This document shows, in pieces, positions 60,899 to 64,000 of a stretch of DNA of 64,000 nt. Each line of letters starts with the position of its first letter. Positions within the stretch are counted from its first letter, which is position 1. Where the stretch lies: sequence record MT944117.1. One strand, written 5' to 3'. Source of the DNA: Escherichia phage PNJ1809-36. A program made the translations under genes and the position numbers. The notes under the pieces are model-generated. The model worked only from the letters and a program-made list of their open reading frames with translations. It was not told the DNA's origin and made no database searches.

Positions 60899-61507
60899 TT
60901 AGTTTTTAAAATTGTTCAAAGTGTTAAAAACATCCAAACATGTTAGCCACTGATCTTCTAAACCTGTGATCACAACATTTGGTTTTTTCTTTAGTTCTTC
61001 TAGATGGTTATCTTTATAAGGCGTATTAAAATATATTTTAACCACTTCATCTGGAAAATATAGTAGGTTATCAGCCCTGTCATCTATTGCTATATCACAA
61101 GGCAATAAGTATTTTTCTTTCGTAGCAAAAAAGCCGTTACCAGATCCTTTGCTAAAATCAATCGTATCTAACGTTCTTAAAACATGCTTATGTTTAGAAC
61201 TTAAGTGACCACCTTTTGTCACACTTGCGATCAAAAGATTGCTACCTTTCCTTGAAACATACTTTAAGAAATCTGGCATACCTGGAACAAAACCCATTGT
61301 ATCATAGAGATGAGGATTATCCAGAAATCCGTAAGGATCTATATTGAACTCCTCCCTGAAACCAGGAAAGTAGTTGGTAAGATCATAGTCTGCATTTTTT
61401 GTGAATGTGTCTATCTTAACACCAAGTCCACTAATCTTATTCAACCATTCTAACCAAGCAACATCTAATGGAGCCACAACTAAATCCCAATCACATACTA
61501 TCTGCAT
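60899..61507 (-). CDS. HAD-family 5'-deoxyribonucleotidase (T5 Dmp-like)
   Basis: N-terminal IVCDWDLV (DxD), later SVTKGG and AIDDRADN. Confidence 0.65.
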   Translation of the reverse strand: MQIVCDWDLVVAPLDVAWLEWLNKISGLGVKIDTFTKNADYDLTNYFPGFREEFNIDPYGFLDNPHLYDTMGFVPGMPDFLKYVSRKGSNLLIASVTKGGHLSSKHKHVLRTLDTIDFSKGSGNGFFATKEKYLLPCDIAIDDRADNLLYFPDEVVKIYFNTPYKDNHLEELKKKPNVVITGLEDQWLTCLDVFNTLNNFKN

Positions 61508-61526
61508 AAAACCTCCTCTCTCTTTT

Positions 61527-61554
61527 AGTATAGTTATCTTATACTAACTTTCAA
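61527..61554 (-). promoter_or_regulatory. putative sigma70-type promoter for nucleotidase-thyX unit
   Basis: minus strand TTGAAA-N16-TATACT; overlaps 3' end of HNH ORF. Confidence 0.45.
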
Positions 61555-62119
61555 TTTCCTGCAATAGGATTTTGACTATTTGTTTGCGGCGTTTCGCTAC
61601 TGTGCTTTCAGGTTCTATTTTACGCTTCTTCAACCAAGCTTTATCTTTCTTAGCTCTACACAAAGCTATTGCTTCTTTTTCAGCTTTCGCTTCTTCAAAA
61701 GATATACCTTGTTTATCTGCATAAGCAAGAATAGAGTTGCACAATTTACAAACCATTCGCAAATCTTCTTCTTTCACATAGATCAAACGGAAAACAAAAA
61801 GGGGAATATCCTCAAAACATTGAAGTTGTTTTGCTGCGTGAATATGATCCACTTGGAAGTCTTTCATTCCTCCTCTGTGTCCACATATTTCGCACTCACA
61901 ATTCCAAACTTGTTTTGGTTTTCCAGTTTTCTTGTCTATCATCACATTGCCGTCTTTATCTACACGATCAACTTTAAAACGCCTTGCATTGATAACCTTA
62001 ATTTTATTAGGGTGTCTCATCCATGCTTTTCTAAAACATCCCCTAAGATAAGTATAAAATTCAGCTTGTGTTTTCCAGGGTGTTCCTTCACCCCACATTA
62101 TTTTTGGTTCACCTGCCAA
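61544..62119 (-). CDS. HNH homing endonuclease
   Basis: CECEICGH...FQVDHIHA...CKLCN (HNH-type His/Cys/Asn motif); basic C-terminus. Confidence 0.7.
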   Translation of the reverse strand: MAGEPKIMWGEGTPWKTQAEFYTYLRGCFRKAWMRHPNKIKVINARRFKVDRVDKDGNVMIDKKTGKPKQVWNCECEICGHRGGMKDFQVDHIHAAKQLQCFEDIPLFVFRLIYVKEEDLRMVCKLCNSILAYADKQGISFEEAKAEKEAIALCRAKKDKAWLKKRKIEPESTVAKRRKQIVKILLQEIES

Positions 62120-62164
62120 TATTGCTCACCTTTTTAGCTGTATATTCCCCTGGTGGGATATTGT

Positions 62165-62198
62165 GTTTAAAAAACAAAAGGCGGTCTAACCCCGCCTT
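62165..62198 (-). terminator. rho-independent terminator upstream of HNH gene
   Basis: minus strand AAGGCGG-loop-CCGCCTT followed by TTTTGTTTTTT. Confidence 0.6.
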
Positions 62199-62286
62199 GC
62201 ACATTGTTTCTGGAATAGTCAAAGTTAGTAAAAGTTTATCACCTTTTCGGTTGAATATTTTATAAACTTCTCCTGCTCCATATTGT

Positions 62287-62688
62287 TTAGTATTGCTCGC
62301 CACTAATACGTTCCTTAAGTTGTTTAATAGCTTCGATTGCATCTACATAAGAAGAGTTATACATGTGTTTCAGTGCTACTCGTACTAAAGGATCTTTTGT
62401 GAAGAAATCAATAAGAAGCATAGCTTGATCATGTTTAGCTGCATTTGTCATAGATGGATAATTTTCACGAACCATATACGTGCTATTTTGCATAAGGGTT
62501 CTTTCTAGTTCAATACAATGAATAGCTTTATCTAGGTTAATCTGACGTTCACCTTTAATACGTGTTGCGTATTTTGCCAATTTGCAAAAACAAGGTGTGC
62601 CACCAACCAAATAAGCTAGTTCAATAGGTTGCATTGCCATTTTTGTGTAGTGATCACCGTCAACCTGATTATCAAAAGCATTAGACAT
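62287..62688 (-). CDS. hypothetical protein, DUF3310-like (tentative)
   Basis: 133 aa; N-terminal VDGDHY motif; next to nucleotide-metabolism genes. Confidence 0.35.
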   Translation of the reverse strand: MSNAFDNQVDGDHYTKMAMQPIELAYLVGGTPCFCKLAKYATRIKGERQINLDKAIHCIELERTLMQNSTYMVRENYPSMTNAAKHDQAMLLIDFFTKDPLVRVALKHMYNSSYVDAIEAIKQLKERISGEQY

Positions 62689-62908
62689 AATTTTCCTCCT
62701 GAATTCCTACTGCACCTTCTTCTGGGTAGTCTGCATAATAAGCTACCCTACCTTGATAGATAACATCACCATCATTATTGTAGATTGCTGTATCTTCTTG
62801 AATTGTTATTTCAACATCAAGTAAATCTGGGTCTTTCTCGATGGTATAGTTCAAACCTAACATTTCAAACAGTTCGAAAATTTCGTTACCTGTTAATGTA
62901 ATGCTCAT
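62681..62908 (-). CDS. hypothetical protein (75 aa)
   Basis: ATG 62908 after AAAAGGAGG; listed 62944 GTG start lies in promoter. Confidence 0.6.
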   Translation of the reverse strand: MSITLTGNEIFELFEMLGLNYTIEKDPDLLDVEITIQEDTAIYNNDGDVIYQGRVAYYADYPEEGAVGIQEENYV

Positions 62909-62935
62909 ATTTCCTCCTTTTATTGTGGTTAGCAG

Positions 62936-62964
62936 AGTATACACTAATATAAAATTTTTGTCAA
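62936..62964 (-). promoter_or_regulatory. sigma70-type promoter (minus strand)
   Basis: minus strand TTGACA (62959-62964), 17-nt spacer, TATACT (62936-62941). Confidence 0.7.
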
Positions 62965-62990
62965 TAAAAAAGGGAGCAATAAGCTCCCTG
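62963..62990 (-). terminator. rho-independent terminator after exonuclease gene
   Basis: minus strand AGGGAGC-TTATT-GCTCCCT followed by TTTTTTATT. Confidence 0.7.
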
Positions 62991-62994
62991 ATTA

Positions 62995-63954
62995 TTAGAT
63001 TCCAATAATAGTTGCTGCTCGTTTATCCTTGGATCTGGTGTTTGCTCTACTACGTGACAAACCGCCGCAAGATTCACAACGAATGATATCGAAAGAACTT
63101 ACCGCAGTGTGGTATTGTTTACCAGTAACAACGTGAACGTGATCACTGCCACAACGAGAACAACGGACCTTCTCATCTGGGTAATAAGCGGATAAGTTAG
63201 GATGCTGTGGAATCCACGGAAGGATTTTCATATACAAATCACGGAGTGAAACAACATCACCATCATTGTAAATCTGCATACGTTCAAAAGCATCACGATC
63301 ACCTTCACAACATGCTTTCCATAAAGGGAATCCCTCGTTATCCAGTTTTTCACTTTCTGTTTCGAAATATGCTCCCATTTCTTTAAGGGAGTTGGAAGGA
63401 AGTGCAAATTGTTTCTTAGCTGCCTTCAATGTATCAACAACTACATAATTAGAAGGAGGAGCCATATCGTGATATGCAAATCGTTGGTTAATGTATGCAC
63501 GGTCAAACTTATACCCGTTGTGTGCCACAACTACATCTGCCTCATTCAGAAGGTTCCAAAGATCTTGGCAAAGCTCCCAATCATCTGTATGATCAATATC
63601 AAAAAGAGGATAAGAAGACAAGTTCTTACCTTCCACTTCACCAGTATACAGGTCAGCAGAAGAGTAAGATAACAAATAACCCCTACGAATTACTTGATCT
63701 GGAGAAATGAAGGCTTTGAATCGACGGAAAGTATATGCAATCTCTGGTGCAGTTTCAACATCAATAATTTTAATAACGGGTTGTTTCTTTTTAACTGGCT
63801 CTTGTTTACTTGCTCCAAATCGTGCAAGGAAATCGTTCACTGTGCTTTTTCTTGTTGGACTACCTAAAACAATTGCTGCAATATTACGAGAAGACATACC
63901 CTCTGCACTCATACTAAGGATATCTGCTTTCTGCTCTTCTGTTAATCTGCTCAC
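62995..63954 (-). CDS. DnaQ-like 3'-5' exonuclease (DEDD family) with N-terminal HTH and C-terminal Cys pairs
   Basis: IDVETAPE (Exo I), VVAHNGYKFD (Exo II), YNDGD (Exo III-like); N-terminal HTH-like segment; CSRCG...CESCGG. Confidence 0.65.
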   Translation of the reverse strand: MSRLTEEQKADILSMSAEGMSSRNIAAIVLGSPTRKSTVNDFLARFGASKQEPVKKKQPVIKIIDVETAPEIAYTFRRFKAFISPDQVIRRGYLLSYSSADLYTGEVEGKNLSSYPLFDIDHTDDWELCQDLWNLLNEADVVVAHNGYKFDRAYINQRFAYHDMAPPSNYVVVDTLKAAKKQFALPSNSLKEMGAYFETESEKLDNEGFPLWKACCEGDRDAFERMQIYNDGDVVSLRDLYMKILPWIPQHPNLSAYYPDEKVRCSRCGSDHVHVVTGKQYHTAVSSFDIIRCESCGGLSRSRANTRSKDKRAATIIGI

Positions 63955-64000
63955 TCTGCCTCCTGTTGTGAGATGTATGACTGAAGCATACTCTCAAATG

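Noticed and set aside
61580-62137. Plus-strand ORF of 185 aa
   Set aside because: Antisense to the HNH endonuclease gene; Phe/Ser-rich low-complexity product typical of reverse-frame reading of an AT-rich gene.
62109-62342. Listed minus-strand ORF of 77 aa between the HNH and DUF3310-like genes
   Set aside because: It spans the terminator hairpin at 62165-62198, overlaps the DUF3310-like gene end and has no SD; judged non-coding.
1-64000. Naming the phage (T4-like, Felix O1-like, rV5-like or Ackermannviridae were considered)
   Set aside because: T4-type lysozyme, NrdA N-terminus and UUCG hairpins point to a T4-like heritage, but ThyX, rmlABCD, Sir2 and the promoter-hairpin array do not fit any genome I can recall with confidence; left unassigned.

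Overview
This 64 kb window looks like part of a large virulent dsDNA phage of a Gram-negative (probably enterobacterial) host; I could not assign it to a known phage by name. It is AT-rich, densely packed with short genes, and uses sigma70-type promoters and UUCG/GNRA-loop hairpins throughout. Layout: (i) 1-747, end of a minus-strand block including a DUF2829-like gene; (ii) 860-7142, plus-strand small genes including an AAA+ ATPase, a T5orf172/GIY-YIG-like protein and a NADAR-domain protein; (iii) 7143-8300, gene-poor regulatory region with 48-bp direct repeats, Fur-box-like palindromes and a GC-rich island; (iv) 8300-18835, an array of about 35 small genes driven by about 22 near-identical promoters, most followed by a conserved GC-rich stem-loop at the transcript 5' end; (v) 18834-20366, a gene-free strand-skewed A+C-rich region with TTGCCATGA repeats; (vi) 20367-37922, about 55 plus-strand small genes including a six-member paralogous family, a serine recombinase and several secreted or membrane peptides; (vii) 37992-64000, a minus-strand block with nucleotide metabolism (nrdA, nrdB, glutaredoxin, thyX-like, HAD nucleotidase), a complete dTDP-L-rhamnose pathway (rmlABCD), T4-type lysozyme, PhoH, HslV-like peptidase, PPP phosphatase, Sir2-like protein, two methyltransferase-like proteins, an HNH endonuclease and a DEDD exonuclease. 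The strongest candidates for something undescribed are the promoter-plus-hairpin early array, the six-paralog family, the NAD/ADP-ribose-related genes (Sir2, NADAR, DUF2829) and the phage-borne rhamnose pathway with nearby methyltransferase-like genes. All calls rest on reading the sequence and ORF translations; no database search was run. Coordinates of promoters, hairpins and sub-60-aa ORFs were counted by hand and may be off by 1-2 nt.
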